Shown: piece by piece, positions 25,390 to 34,708 of the stretch
Layout: each line of letters opens with the position of its first letter
Position numbering within the stretch: position 1 is the stretch's first letter
NCBI GenBank assembly: GCA_028718745.1
Contig: JAQULF010000003.1
Location: forward strand, 160-64,159
DNA length: 64,000 bases
DNA from: Patescibacteria group bacterium
GTDB lineage: Bacteria; Patescibacteriota; JACPGU01
Direction of reading: 5' to 3'
The notes under the pieces: generated by a model
What the model was told of the DNA's origin: nothing
The model's database searches: none
Seen by the model: the letters and a program-made list of their open reading frames with translations, nothing else
Translations under genes and position numbers: made by a program

Positions 25390-27516
25390 ATGAAATCCAA
25401 CATTTTCTCTCCCAAAAGTATCGCCATCATCGGTGCTTCTCCTCACAAAAAGAAGCTTGGTTTTCAAGTTTTAAAAAATGTTATCGATGGCGGATACAAA
25501 GGGAAAATTTATCCAATTAACATTGATCCATCTATCCGTCATATTCAGTCTCATAAATCTTATTCTTCTGTCCTAAAAGTCCCAGGCAAAATCGACATGG
25601 CAGTATTTGTCATCCCGGCCAAATTTGTTCCCCAAGCTCTACAAGAATGTGGGAAGAAAAAAATAAAATTGGCTGTAATAATTTCTGCAGGTTTCAAAGA
25701 AGTTGGCGGTGAGGGCGTTGAACTTGAAAAACAGATTTTGAAAATCGCCAAAAAATCCGGAATAAGAATATTGGGGCCGAATTGCCTTGGTTTTATAAAT
25801 ACTAAAATAAAATTGAACGCTTCTTTTGCCCCTTCAATGCCTTCTGATGGAAATGTTGCAGTGGTATCCCAATCAGGTGCAATTTGTACTGCGATTCTGG
25901 ATTGGGCAAGCAAAAACCACATTGGTTTCTCAAAATTTTTCTCTTTGGGCAATAAATCTGATATCACAGAATTAGACCTTCTCCCCTATTTGGCCTCCGA
26001 CAAACAAACGAGCGTGATAACATCTTATCTTGAAAATGTTGCCGGAAATAATGGCGGTGATGATTTTCGAGGAGTAGCCGAAAAAACTACCCTCAAAAAA
26101 CCAGTCGTAATTTTGAAGGCTGGAATCAGCGAGAAGGGTGCCGCCGCAATTTCATCGCACACTGGATCGCTTGCCGGATCAAATCAAGCTATCTCATCTC
26201 TTTTTAAGCAGAGTGGGGTTATTCGCGCTAATTCTCTTGAAGATCTTTTCGATTATGCAGAAGCTTTTTCTTTGTTGAAAGCTCCAACCGGAAATCGCGT
26301 TGCAATTATTACCAATGCCGGCGGACCGGGAGTTATGACTACGGATGCGATTGAGGGGACAAAATTAGAATTGGCAACTTTAACAAATGAAACCCAAGAG
26401 AAGCTAAAAAAAGTTTTGCCACCGGCGGCGAATATTCACAATCCTATTGACCTCGTTGGAGATGCTGATGATCTTCGCTACAAAAACGCTTTAAACATTA
26501 TTGAAACGGATAAAAATGTTGATTCAATTTTAGTTTTATTAACACCCCAGACTTCCACAAAAATAGAAGCTACCGCTGAATTAGTTTTAAAGAAAATAAA
26601 GAAAAGTAGTAAAACAATTATTCCAATTTTTATGGGAGGCAAAAGAGCTAATCATGGCATTGATATTTTTGAGAAAAATCATTCTGCAGTTTTCGAATAT
26701 CCCGAGCGCGCCGTTAAAGCTTTGGAAAAAATATCTTTCTGCCAATCGTGTGAGATGGGAATACGAAAAATCTACCCACCCAAGATTTTAAAAATAAAAA
26801 AATCAAGGAAAAATAAAGTTAACAAAATTATTGTAGGGGCACGGCGTGCCGTGCCCGAAAATCAACCCACCTTAATTGCTGGTTCAACCGCTGATGAGAT
26901 TTTAAAACAATATGATATTCCGATTTTGAAATCTTCTCTCGCAAAAGCGAGAAGTGAAGCAATCAAAAAAAGTAAAAAAATCGGCTTTCCCGTTGTTTTT
27001 AAAATTGATTCTCCCGATATCATCCATAAAAGCGATGTGGGCGGAGTAATCGTCGGAATAAAAAATGAAAAAGAAGCCGGCGTCGCTTTTTCAAAAATAA
27101 TGTCAAATATAAAAAGGAATGCTCCTCGCGCCAAAATCAATGGCATTATGATTTATGAAATGGTATCCCTTGGAATTGAATTTTTTATCGGAGCAAAAAG
27201 AGACCCGACTTATGGCCCTTTAGTTGGTTTTGGGTTGGGCGGTGTTTTCGTAGAGATTCTCAAAGATGTTTCTTTCCGCCTCGCTCCCCTATCTTACTTT
27301 GACATTGATAAAATGATTGGAGAATTAAAATCTGCAAAAATAATTTCCGGCGCTCGCGGTAAAGGTTCACTGGACAAAAAAGGTATCGTTGATGCGCTAA
27401 TTAAAGTTTCCAATCTCATGATCAACCACCCACAAATTTCTGAACTTGATATCAACCCCCTAGCAGTTTTTGAAAATCGCGTTGTGGCGGTAGATAATCG
27501 GTTAATTATTTTGTAG
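25390..27516 (+). CDS. Acetyl-CoA synthetase (ADP-forming), fused alpha/beta subunits
   Basis: N-terminal CoA-binding (SIAIIGASPHKKKLGFQV), succinyl-CoA-synthetase-like ligase-CoA domain, C-terminal ATP-grasp; ~700 aa as in archaeal/CPR Acd. Confidence 0.85.
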   Translation: MKSNIFSPKSIAIIGASPHKKKLGFQVLKNVIDGGYKGKIYPINIDPSIRHIQSHKSYSSVLKVPGKIDMAVFVIPAKFVPQALQECGKKKIKLAVIISAGFKEVGGEGVELEKQILKIAKKSGIRILGPNCLGFINTKIKLNASFAPSMPSDGNVAVVSQSGAICTAILDWASKNHIGFSKFFSLGNKSDITELDLLPYLASDKQTSVITSYLENVAGNNGGDDFRGVAEKTTLKKPVVILKAGISEKGAAAISSHTGSLAGSNQAISSLFKQSGVIRANSLEDLFDYAEAFSLLKAPTGNRVAIITNAGGPGVMTTDAIEGTKLELATLTNETQEKLKKVLPPAANIHNPIDLVGDADDLRYKNALNIIETDKNVDSILVLLTPQTSTKIEATAELVLKKIKKSSKTIIPIFMGGKRANHGIDIFEKNHSAVFEYPERAVKALEKISFCQSCEMGIRKIYPPKILKIKKSRKNKVNKIIVGARRAVPENQPTLIAGSTADEILKQYDIPILKSSLAKARSEAIKKSKKIGFPVVFKIDSPDIIHKSDVGGVIVGIKNEKEAGVAFSKIMSNIKRNAPRAKINGIMIYEMVSLGIEFFIGAKRDPTYGPLVGFGLGGVFVEILKDVSFRLAPLSYFDIDKMIGELKSAKIISGARGKGSLDKKGIVDALIKVSNLMINHPQISELDINPLAVFENRVVAVDNRLIIL

Positions 27517-27578
27517 AAAACAAAAGGCCCGACTTTTTTGTCGAGACCTTTCAGGAAAATTTATTGTTGAGAATTGCA

Positions 27579-27609
27579 ATCGGGTCACTAATACCCGATT
27601 TTTATTATT
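27579..27609 (+). terminator. Intrinsic terminator after acetyl-CoA synthetase gene
   Basis: ATCGGGT-cactaat-ACCCGAT followed by TTTTATTATT. Confidence 0.55.
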
Positions 27610-27935
27610 ACCCCCTCCCATTTTTTTTCTTCTTCTTTTCTTTTTTTCTCGATTCGGCGGATCCTATTTCCCCTTCTGCGCGCCGCTCTTATTTCTTCAT
27701 TTGTCAGAAGACGCCCCTTCCTTTTCACTTCTTCTTCCGGATACAGGCTTTTCGGTAAAAAAGATGCTCTTTCCACCGGAACCATTCTTCTCCATGAGCG
27801 CTGGTATCTGTTTATTTCTGCCGCTCTCATTTCCCCTGCTTTTGCAAGTGCAGAATTTCTCTTCAAATCACTCACCTCCTTTGTTAAATGACATTTTTTC
27901 TTATTCTATCAAAAAAATATATTTATATCAAATCT

Positions 27936-27997
27936 TTGGAATGACGAACGATAGTTCGTTAATTTGAAAATGACAGACTATCGTCTGTCACTCCAAA
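27936..27997. repeat. REPIN-like paired-hairpin palindromic element, copy 2 (intergenic, downstream of recJ)
   Basis: tttggaatGACGAACgataGTTCGTtaa ... aaTGACAGACtatcGTCTGTCActccaaa. Confidence 0.7.
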
Positions 27998-28049
27998 CTC
28001 AAATAAAAAAACATTTGCTATTTGACATTATAATTTAAAACTTAGAAAT

Positions 28050-29621
28050 TTATTTTAGGTCTTCTATTTTCAATTCCAGCGTCCGCCTGCTCCCCCAAAC
28101 ATTCTCCGTAATTTTATAGACCACATCTATATCTTTTCCGTAATAAAATTGGTCCCCCATTTCTCCGTGGTTGAAAAGGATGGCGGAAAATTCTACACCG
28201 TCTTTAATTAATTTTAATTTTGTATGAGTATTTTCTTTGCCCACTTTTTTCGCTTCTTTTACTTTGACGCCATGAGTAATGAATATCGGTTCGGGATTTT
28301 TATCACCGAATGGCTCGAATTTTTTAATCTCATCAAATAATTTTTTTGTAATATCCTTAAATTCAATTTCTTTTTCTATATTGAGAAATGAAATCAGATC
28401 TTCGTCCTTTAATTTTCCCTCTCCATATTGAGATACCTGCGTTTGGAAAAGTTCATAGTCCTCTGTTTTCAAAGAAAATCCGCCCGCACCTTTGTGTCCA
28501 CCATAATTAATAAATATCTTTTCAAAAATCGAGAGCGTTTCTATGACATTAAATTCTACATCTGAACGAACCGAACCTTTAATTAGATCTTTATCTTGAG
28601 ACATGGCAAATACCGGCCGGGAAAATTCCCCTGAAATTCTTCCGGCAATTAATCCGATAATCCCCGAAGACCATTTTTCATCTTTTAATAAAATTATTTT
28701 TTCAATTTCTTTTTTCTTATATTCCGATTTAATGCTATCAACTATTTTTGAAACCACTTCTTGCCTTTCGCGATTTAGTTTTTCCAGCCGCATCGCCAAC
28801 ACTCCCGCTTCCCCCTCATCACGAGTTAAAAGTAATTCAAGGGCGAGGGCCGCGTGCGCCATTCTACCGGCAGCGTTAAGCCGGGGGGCGATTTGGTAAC
28901 CAATCATGTAGGGATTAGAGTTTTTTAAATCTACCTCGGCAACTTTTTCCAAAGCCTTTAATCCGGTATTGCGAGTCTTGGCCAAAACCACCAAACCAAA
29001 ATGCGCGATGATTCTGTTTTCGCCAAGCAACGGAACAATATCGGAAACTGTTCCCAAAGCAACCAGATCCAAATACCATTTTAAATATCCTTCTGAAATA
29101 ACCTCTTTTTTTCTTTTTTTATTTATCGCGATCACCAATGCATGAGCGAGTTTGAAAGCCACCCCTACTCCGGCCAGATCCCTAAAGGAATATGTATCGT
29201 CGCTTCTTTTAGGATTTATCACAGCCACCGCATTGGGCAAAACCTTTGGCGCCTCATGATGATCGGTAACAATAATATCAATCCCTTTTTTCTTGGCGTA
29301 AACTATTTCGTCTTTATTGCTAATGCCATTATCAACTGTAATAATTAAACCTGTTTTTTTGTTGGCAAGAAAATCAATTGCTTTTTTATTTAATCCATAG
29401 CCTTCCTGCATTCTGTGGGGAATATAGAAGCTGACATTCGCTCTCGCCCCGCCTCTTGCAGGCGGGGTTAACTTTTCCAAAATTCCATAGACAACTGCAG
29501 TAGCGGTAATGCCGTCCACATCATAGTCGCCAAAGACTACGATATTTTCTTCTTTTTCAATTGCTTGGAGAATGCGTTTAACCGCTTTATCCATATCTTT
29601 GAGTAAATACGGATCCCCCAT
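28050..29621 (-). CDS. recJ: Single-stranded-DNA-specific exonuclease RecJ (DHH family)
   Basis: DHH motifs FGDYDVDGITA and IVTDHHEAP, DHHA1 region with GGHKGAGG. Confidence 0.85.
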   Translation of the reverse strand: MGDPYLLKDMDKAVKRILQAIEKEENIVVFGDYDVDGITATAVVYGILEKLTPPARGGARANVSFYIPHRMQEGYGLNKKAIDFLANKKTGLIITVDNGISNKDEIVYAKKKGIDIIVTDHHEAPKVLPNAVAVINPKRSDDTYSFRDLAGVGVAFKLAHALVIAINKKRKKEVISEGYLKWYLDLVALGTVSDIVPLLGENRIIAHFGLVVLAKTRNTGLKALEKVAEVDLKNSNPYMIGYQIAPRLNAAGRMAHAALALELLLTRDEGEAGVLAMRLEKLNRERQEVVSKIVDSIKSEYKKKEIEKIILLKDEKWSSGIIGLIAGRISGEFSRPVFAMSQDKDLIKGSVRSDVEFNVIETLSIFEKIFINYGGHKGAGGFSLKTEDYELFQTQVSQYGEGKLKDEDLISFLNIEKEIEFKDITKKLFDEIKKFEPFGDKNPEPIFITHGVKVKEAKKVGKENTHTKLKLIKDGVEFSAILFNHGEMGDQFYYGKDIDVVYKITENVWGSRRTLELKIEDLK

Positions 29622-29845
29622 TTTTTCATAATCCGGTGAGAAAAATTCCTCCGCTTCTTTTTTATTTTTGATATCGCGATTATAAATAAGCTGAATTATA
29701 ACATCGTCCCAATCCTTGAATTGCTTTTTAAGTTCTTCATCAAATGTTTTAGCAACTTTCTAACTTTTATGCATAGCTATATAATAACAAAAAAACAAGA
29801 ATTAATAACTCTTGCTTTTTACCAAAAAAAATGTTTTGGCTTAAT

Positions 29846-29900
29846 TACTTACTACTTACTACTTACTACTTACTACTTACTACTTACTATTTACTACTTC
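29846..29900. repeat. Heptanucleotide satellite (TACTTAC)x6 + 2 degenerate units abutting the ftsQ stop codon
   Basis: tacttac x6 (29846-29887), then tatttac tacttc; on the mRNA strand this is (GTAAGTA)n beginning with the TAG stop. Confidence 0.8.
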
Positions 29901-30790
29901 ACTATCACTCTTCCATTCACCGACAAGATCACATATTCCGTAATCTTTTCTCCTTGTTGAAAAACTTTGGATAACTTATCCAATTGCTCAACTACATCAG
30001 CTCCGGTATCAAAAACTATATAGAAGCCGCTATTTACATGCGCTTTCAATTCGAAGGTTGTTTGGTTGATGCTGTAGATTGTAATCCCAAGGCCAAATCT
30101 TTTTTTCAAACTCTCATCTACTACATTAACGAAATCGATAAATTCTTTGGTAACAATGCGATCTCCAACTTTTACAGGTAATCCCGCCTGATCAATTATG
30201 GTGGGCATTTTTAAATCTTCCTTCATGTCAGACATAACATAACCATTATTGTCTAGAAGATATTTGCTTTCCCCCACTTGCCAAATAATAGTACTGGGTT
30301 TTTCTTGTATTTTGATTTTTAATTTCGATGGAAACACTTTGTAAACTCTGACATCATCTATTCTTTTGTAATAATCCAGCAATACATTTTTTACCTGGCT
30401 GGTATTAAGCAAAAAAAGATTTTTATTGTTGATGTTTCTTTCTTCAAGAAACTTAACTATATCTCCCTCCAATAATATCTGATTATTTACCACGACTATC
30501 TTTTTTATCTTAAAAACTTCCGAGAAAAGCAAAACATAAGCGATACCGGCTAAGCAAAGTAAAACAAAAAGTATTTTCCAGTATGGAATGTAAAGTTTTT
30601 TTTCTGGTCGGCCAAAAACCTCGTTGGCATAATGTTTGGGAACGCTTTTACCTTTGCGAGATTTGAGATGAAAAGATAATCCAAATCTTTTTTGTTTGGC
30701 ACCCTTGTAAATATCTACTCGCTGTTTTCTGGTAATCTGGTTTTTGTTTCTCCGTCGGAACATTTTATTATCCCTCCAAAAACTTTTCAC
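29894..30790 (-). CDS. ftsQ: Cell division protein FtsQ/DivIB-like (TM + POTRA)
   Basis: Basic N-tail, single TM (ILFVLLCLAGIAYVLLF), POTRA-like region, position at end of dcw cluster after murC. Confidence 0.6.
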   Translation of the reverse strand: MKSFWRDNKMFRRRNKNQITRKQRVDIYKGAKQKRFGLSFHLKSRKGKSVPKHYANEVFGRPEKKLYIPYWKILFVLLCLAGIAYVLLFSEVFKIKKIVVVNNQILLEGDIVKFLEERNINNKNLFLLNTSQVKNVLLDYYKRIDDVRVYKVFPSKLKIKIQEKPSTIIWQVGESKYLLDNNGYVMSDMKEDLKMPTIIDQAGLPVKVGDRIVTKEFIDFVNVVDESLKKRFGLGITIYSINQTTFELKAHVNSGFYIVFDTGADVVEQLDKLSKVFQQGEKITEYVILSVNGRVIVK

Positions 30791-32234
30791 CTATTTTATA
30801 CACACTTCCCGCACCGATTGTTAAAACCACCCATTCACCTTTCTTCAGATTTTTATTCATGTATTCAACTACCTTATCGTAACTGTGAATGTAAAGAGCC
30901 TCTACACCATTACTTTTTATTTCTTCTACAACATCCTCTGCGCTAATCCTCTTTTTGTCTTCTTCGGTATCGCGAGTCTCATAAATGCCGGGAACAATCA
31001 CAAGATCGGCATTGCCAAATGAATAGCCAAATTCTTTTTTGAGCAAATATGTCCGACTATATTGATGTGGTTCAAAAATCGCCAAAATCTTTTTGGTTTT
31101 GAAAAACTTTTTTGTTCCCTCGAGTGCATATTTTATTTCGGTAGGATGATGCGAATAATCATCTATAACAATGATTCCATTTTTCTCGCCTTTTATTTGG
31201 AATCTTCGATTGGTGCCGCGAAAATCAGACAATACCTCGCGAACAACATCCATGTCTATTTTCAAATGATTGGCTACAATTATCGCCGCGCAGGCATTGG
31301 CGATATTGTGTTTTCCGGGAATGTGCAAATGAAAAGACCCCAGATCGGTTCCATCACTCAAGCTAAAAAGAGTTTCGCCTTCTTTCTGGCGAACTTCTTC
31401 GACTTCCCAATATTGGTCTAAGCTTTCTCCCTGCATCCTGTTTTTGCTGCCGAAACCAAAACCAACGACTTTGCATTTAGCTTCTTTGGCGACTTCTAAA
31501 CAATTGTTATCATCCGCAGAAATGATTAATAATCCATTCTCTGGAATATGACTCACAAATTTTTTGAAGGCCTTCTTTATATCTTCAATATCTTTGTAGC
31601 AATCCAAGTGGTCTGCCTCGACATTTGTAATTACCGTGATTTCCGGATAAAGGTCTAGAAACGAACGGTCATATTCGCAGGCTTCGGCTACAAAATATTC
31701 GCCTTTCCCGGATAAAAAATTTCCTCCGATGTTTTTTACTTCTCCGCCAATCATAGCAGTGGGATCTAATCCCGCATCTTTTAAAATCAACGAGATCATT
31801 GTGGTGGTGGTGGTTTTACCATGCGTCCCCGCAATTGCAATTCCTCTTTTTCTTTTCATCATCTGACCCAAAACGAAGGATCTTTTTACAATCGGTATTC
31901 CATATTCCAAAGCTTTTTCCAGCTCGGGATTGTTTTTGGGAATAGCCGAAGAAACTACCATTACATTAATGTCCCTGGAAATGTTCTGCTTCTTTTGCCC
32001 TATAAAGACTTTGATCCCAGCATCTTCCAGTTTCTTGGTTATTGACGACTCTTTCATATCGGAACCGGAAACTTTAAATCCCAAATCTTTCATGATGAAG
32101 GCCAGTGCGCTCATACCAATACCGCCTATCCCGATGAAATAGCAGTTAGCGCTCGATCCGGAAAATATTTTATCATAAGGGCGAAAAAGAAGCCTGACTC
32201 TCCTTCTGATCCCCCAGAGTAATTTTCTTAACAT
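30768..32234 (-). CDS. murC: UDP-N-acetylmuramate--L-alanine ligase
   Basis: GIGGIGMSALA nucleotide-binding start, Mur ligase middle GTHGKTTTT, C-terminal domain; dcw synteny. Confidence 0.9.
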   Translation of the reverse strand: MLRKLLWGIRRRVRLLFRPYDKIFSGSSANCYFIGIGGIGMSALAFIMKDLGFKVSGSDMKESSITKKLEDAGIKVFIGQKKQNISRDINVMVVSSAIPKNNPELEKALEYGIPIVKRSFVLGQMMKRKRGIAIAGTHGKTTTTTMISLILKDAGLDPTAMIGGEVKNIGGNFLSGKGEYFVAEACEYDRSFLDLYPEITVITNVEADHLDCYKDIEDIKKAFKKFVSHIPENGLLIISADDNNCLEVAKEAKCKVVGFGFGSKNRMQGESLDQYWEVEEVRQKEGETLFSLSDGTDLGSFHLHIPGKHNIANACAAIIVANHLKIDMDVVREVLSDFRGTNRRFQIKGEKNGIIVIDDYSHHPTEIKYALEGTKKFFKTKKILAIFEPHQYSRTYLLKKEFGYSFGNADLVIVPGIYETRDTEEDKKRISAEDVVEEIKSNGVEALYIHSYDKVVEYMNKNLKKGEWVVLTIGAGSVYKIGEKFLEG

Positions 32235-32310
32235 AGATAAAAAATTAGTTTTAAAACCAATAGCTATTTTAGCATAAAAAGGGCTTATCTCAAAACTTAA
32301 ATCTTTCCCA

Positions 32311-32345
32311 TACTTACTACTTACTACTTACTACTTACTACTTAC
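32311..32345. repeat. Heptanucleotide satellite (TACTTAC)x5 overlapping the murG stop and last codons
   Basis: tacttac x5 at 32311-32345; encodes ...SK* of MurG then continues into the murG-murC spacer. Confidence 0.8.
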
Positions 32346-33480
32346 TACCCGCTACCATTCCCAATATCTCCTCGGCTATAATATGCGCGCTATTTTCCGG
32401 AAAAATGTTTTTCATATTTTTTACCATAGAGTCTCTCGTTTTCTTGTCTTTCATCAAAAAATCTATTTCTTCATATAGTTTTTCAGCGGTTAAAAGATTT
32501 TCGTCCAATACTGATGCGATTTCATTTTTCTGTAGAAATTTTGCATTCTTGTTTTGATGATCGGCAGCGGCAGATGATAAGGGAATCAAAATCGCCGGTT
32601 TTTTTAAAGCAACAATCTCTGCAATTGAATTTGCCCCGGCGCGACTTACAACCAAATCGGTATTATTCAAAAAATCTTTTAGCTCTTCTTTCGCGTAACC
32701 AAACTCCAAATATCTTTCTCGTTCCGGCTTGCTTAATAATGAACGCTTATCCCTGAAGTATTCTTCATTATTTTTTCCGGTTTGGTGAATAAGATTGTAG
32801 TTGGCAAGAATTTTATTTAACAATTCATCGATCAATTCATTAATTCTTCCCGAACCTTGGCTTCCTCCCAAAACAAAAATAATTTTTTTTGTTTTATCTA
32901 AACCGTATTGTTGAAAAAAGTTTTTCTTATCGCTTTTTATATTCAGAAGTTCTTTTCTTACCGGATTTCCGCTAAAATAAGTTTTCTTTATAGAAATTCC
33001 CTTGTAGATATCAACCGGAAAACCAAGATAGACTTTCTTAGCAAATGGCAAAAGTATTTTATTGGATAATCCTATTACAGAATCCGATTCATGAATAACA
33101 AAAGGTATTCGCAATAATGCAGCTGCCAAGCAAAAAGGTACAGTGACAAACCCTCCCTTGGCAAAAATAATATCTGGTCGATTAAATAACAAGATAAAAA
33201 AAGATTGAACAAATCCAATCAACATCAAAAAAATATCGCTGAAGTTTTTTATGTCAAAATATCTTCGAAGCTTTCCCGTAAAAATGCCCTTATATCTCAA
33301 GCCGTATGTCCCGATCAATTCTTGCTCAATGCCATGTCGGCGGCCTATATACAAAAAATCAACGCTAACATTTTTAGCTTTGGATATTTTTACCAGCTCA
33401 TCAATGATCGCAAGATTGGGAGCCACATGACCGGCCGTCCCACCACCTACGAAGATTATTTTAAAATGTTTTTCTTCCAT
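32338..33480 (-). CDS. murG: UDP-N-acetylglucosamine--N-acetylmuramyl-(pentapeptide) pyrophosphoryl-undecaprenol N-acetylglucosamine transferase
   Basis: FVGGGTAGHVAPNLAI (G-loop), GT28 C-terminal GGSQGS. Confidence 0.9.
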   Translation of the reverse strand: MEEKHFKIIFVGGGTAGHVAPNLAIIDELVKISKAKNVSVDFLYIGRRHGIEQELIGTYGLRYKGIFTGKLRRYFDIKNFSDIFLMLIGFVQSFFILLFNRPDIIFAKGGFVTVPFCLAAALLRIPFVIHESDSVIGLSNKILLPFAKKVYLGFPVDIYKGISIKKTYFSGNPVRKELLNIKSDKKNFFQQYGLDKTKKIIFVLGGSQGSGRINELIDELLNKILANYNLIHQTGKNNEEYFRDKRSLLSKPERERYLEFGYAKEELKDFLNNTDLVVSRAGANSIAEIVALKKPAILIPLSSAAADHQNKNAKFLQKNEIASVLDENLLTAEKLYEEIDFLMKDKKTRDSMVKNMKNIFPENSAHIIAEEILGMVAGSK

Positions 33481-33488
33481 AAATTGTT

Positions 33489-34607
33489 CTACCTACTCTG
33501 CCCTTTTGATATATTCAACAATATGCCCGATGCCAGCAACACCATAATCAGTGAAGTTCCCCCGTAACTGATAAACGGCAATGGAACACCGGTTAATGGC
33601 ACTAAGGCTACCATCGTACAGATATTTAATATAGCTTGAAAAATTATCCAGCTGGTTAGGCCAAAGGCCAACATCTTTCCAAAAAAATCCGGACTATTAC
33701 GAGCAATCAAATATCCTCTCCAAGCAAAAACTACAAATAAGGCTATGGGGAAAATCATAACTTTTATAAACCCCAATTCTTCCGCAATAATTGCAAAAGC
33801 CGAATCGCCTACCGCTTCGGGAATATACCCGGTATATTTTTGGCCTGACTTTCCAAAACCTCTCCCCCACCATCCTCCGGAACCGACTGCTATCAAGGCT
33901 TGATTAACATGAAATCCCATGCCAAGTGGATCCTTTTCCGGATCGAGAAACACTAATAGCCTTTGCATTCTATATGGCGCTGCCTTAATCAAGGTGGCAA
34001 TTGCAAGTGTTGCCCCTCCCAAAATAGTTCCCATAAAAACAAGTCTGGCACCAGCTATAAAATACATTGCGATAGAAACAGAGGCAATTACCAAAAAAGT
34101 TCCCAGATCGGGTTGTTTGACTAACATTGCTCCTACAAAAAGAATTATTCCGCAAAAAGGTAAAAATACTCTTTTGAAAACATTAATATTTTTTCTGTTG
34201 TCCTCAAACCAGCTTGCCCAAAAAATAATTAAAGCTAGTTTTAATATCTCTGATGGCTGAAAAGGAAAGCCGATATTAATCCAGCGAGTAGCCCCATTAT
34301 AGCTAAACCCAACTCCCGGAATAAAAACTATAGCTGTCAAAACAACGCTGATTATTAATAGAGGAAGAGCTATTTTTTTGTAAATATGATAATCTATTTT
34401 CTGCGCTAAAAACCAAACTACTATCCCGCCTCCCGCAAAAGCCAATTGTTTATAAAGATAAAAATTGGTGTAACCGAAATTCTCAAAACTAATTACTGAA
34501 GAAACCGAGGATAACATTATCAAACCAAAAGCCAACAACACAAAAGTTGTTAACGCCAAAATAATATCTATCTTTGGTTTTTTGAATCGTGAACTAAGTA
34601 TAGCCAT
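33489..34607 (-). CDS. ftsW: SEDS-family peptidoglycan glycosyltransferase FtsW/RodA
   Basis: 10-TM SEDS topology, conserved PEAVGDSAFAIIAEELGF and PLPFISYGGTSL motifs; dcw synteny. Confidence 0.85.
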   Translation of the reverse strand: MAILSSRFKKPKIDIILALTTFVLLAFGLIMLSSVSSVISFENFGYTNFYLYKQLAFAGGGIVVWFLAQKIDYHIYKKIALPLLIISVVLTAIVFIPGVGFSYNGATRWINIGFPFQPSEILKLALIIFWASWFEDNRKNINVFKRVFLPFCGIILFVGAMLVKQPDLGTFLVIASVSIAMYFIAGARLVFMGTILGGATLAIATLIKAAPYRMQRLLVFLDPEKDPLGMGFHVNQALIAVGSGGWWGRGFGKSGQKYTGYIPEAVGDSAFAIIAEELGFIKVMIFPIALFVVFAWRGYLIARNSPDFFGKMLAFGLTSWIIFQAILNICTMVALVPLTGVPLPFISYGGTSLIMVLLASGILLNISKGQSR

Positions 34608-34708
34608 AAAGTTGTCATCCTCGAGCTTCTGTTGTACTCAACAGAAAATCAAGGATCTAATTTTTTATTTGTATTATTCGTATATTCGTACCGATTTGTA
34701 ATTCGTAG

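Noticed and set aside
27588-27875. 95-aa highly basic ORF (minus) downstream of recJ
   Set aside because: Its 3' third is encoded by the polypurine/T-tract and hairpin of the acs terminator (EKKRKEEEKKWEGVIIKIGY is read from ttttttttcttctt...cccgat), and its possible starts are GTG/TTG only; probably low-complexity artefact, though a short basic protein cannot be excluded.
29846-29900. Possible CRISPR array suggested by tandem repeats at 29846, 32311 and 40862
   Set aside because: Units are 7 nt with no spacers (simple satellite), arrays are 35-55 bp, and no cas genes are present; not CRISPR.
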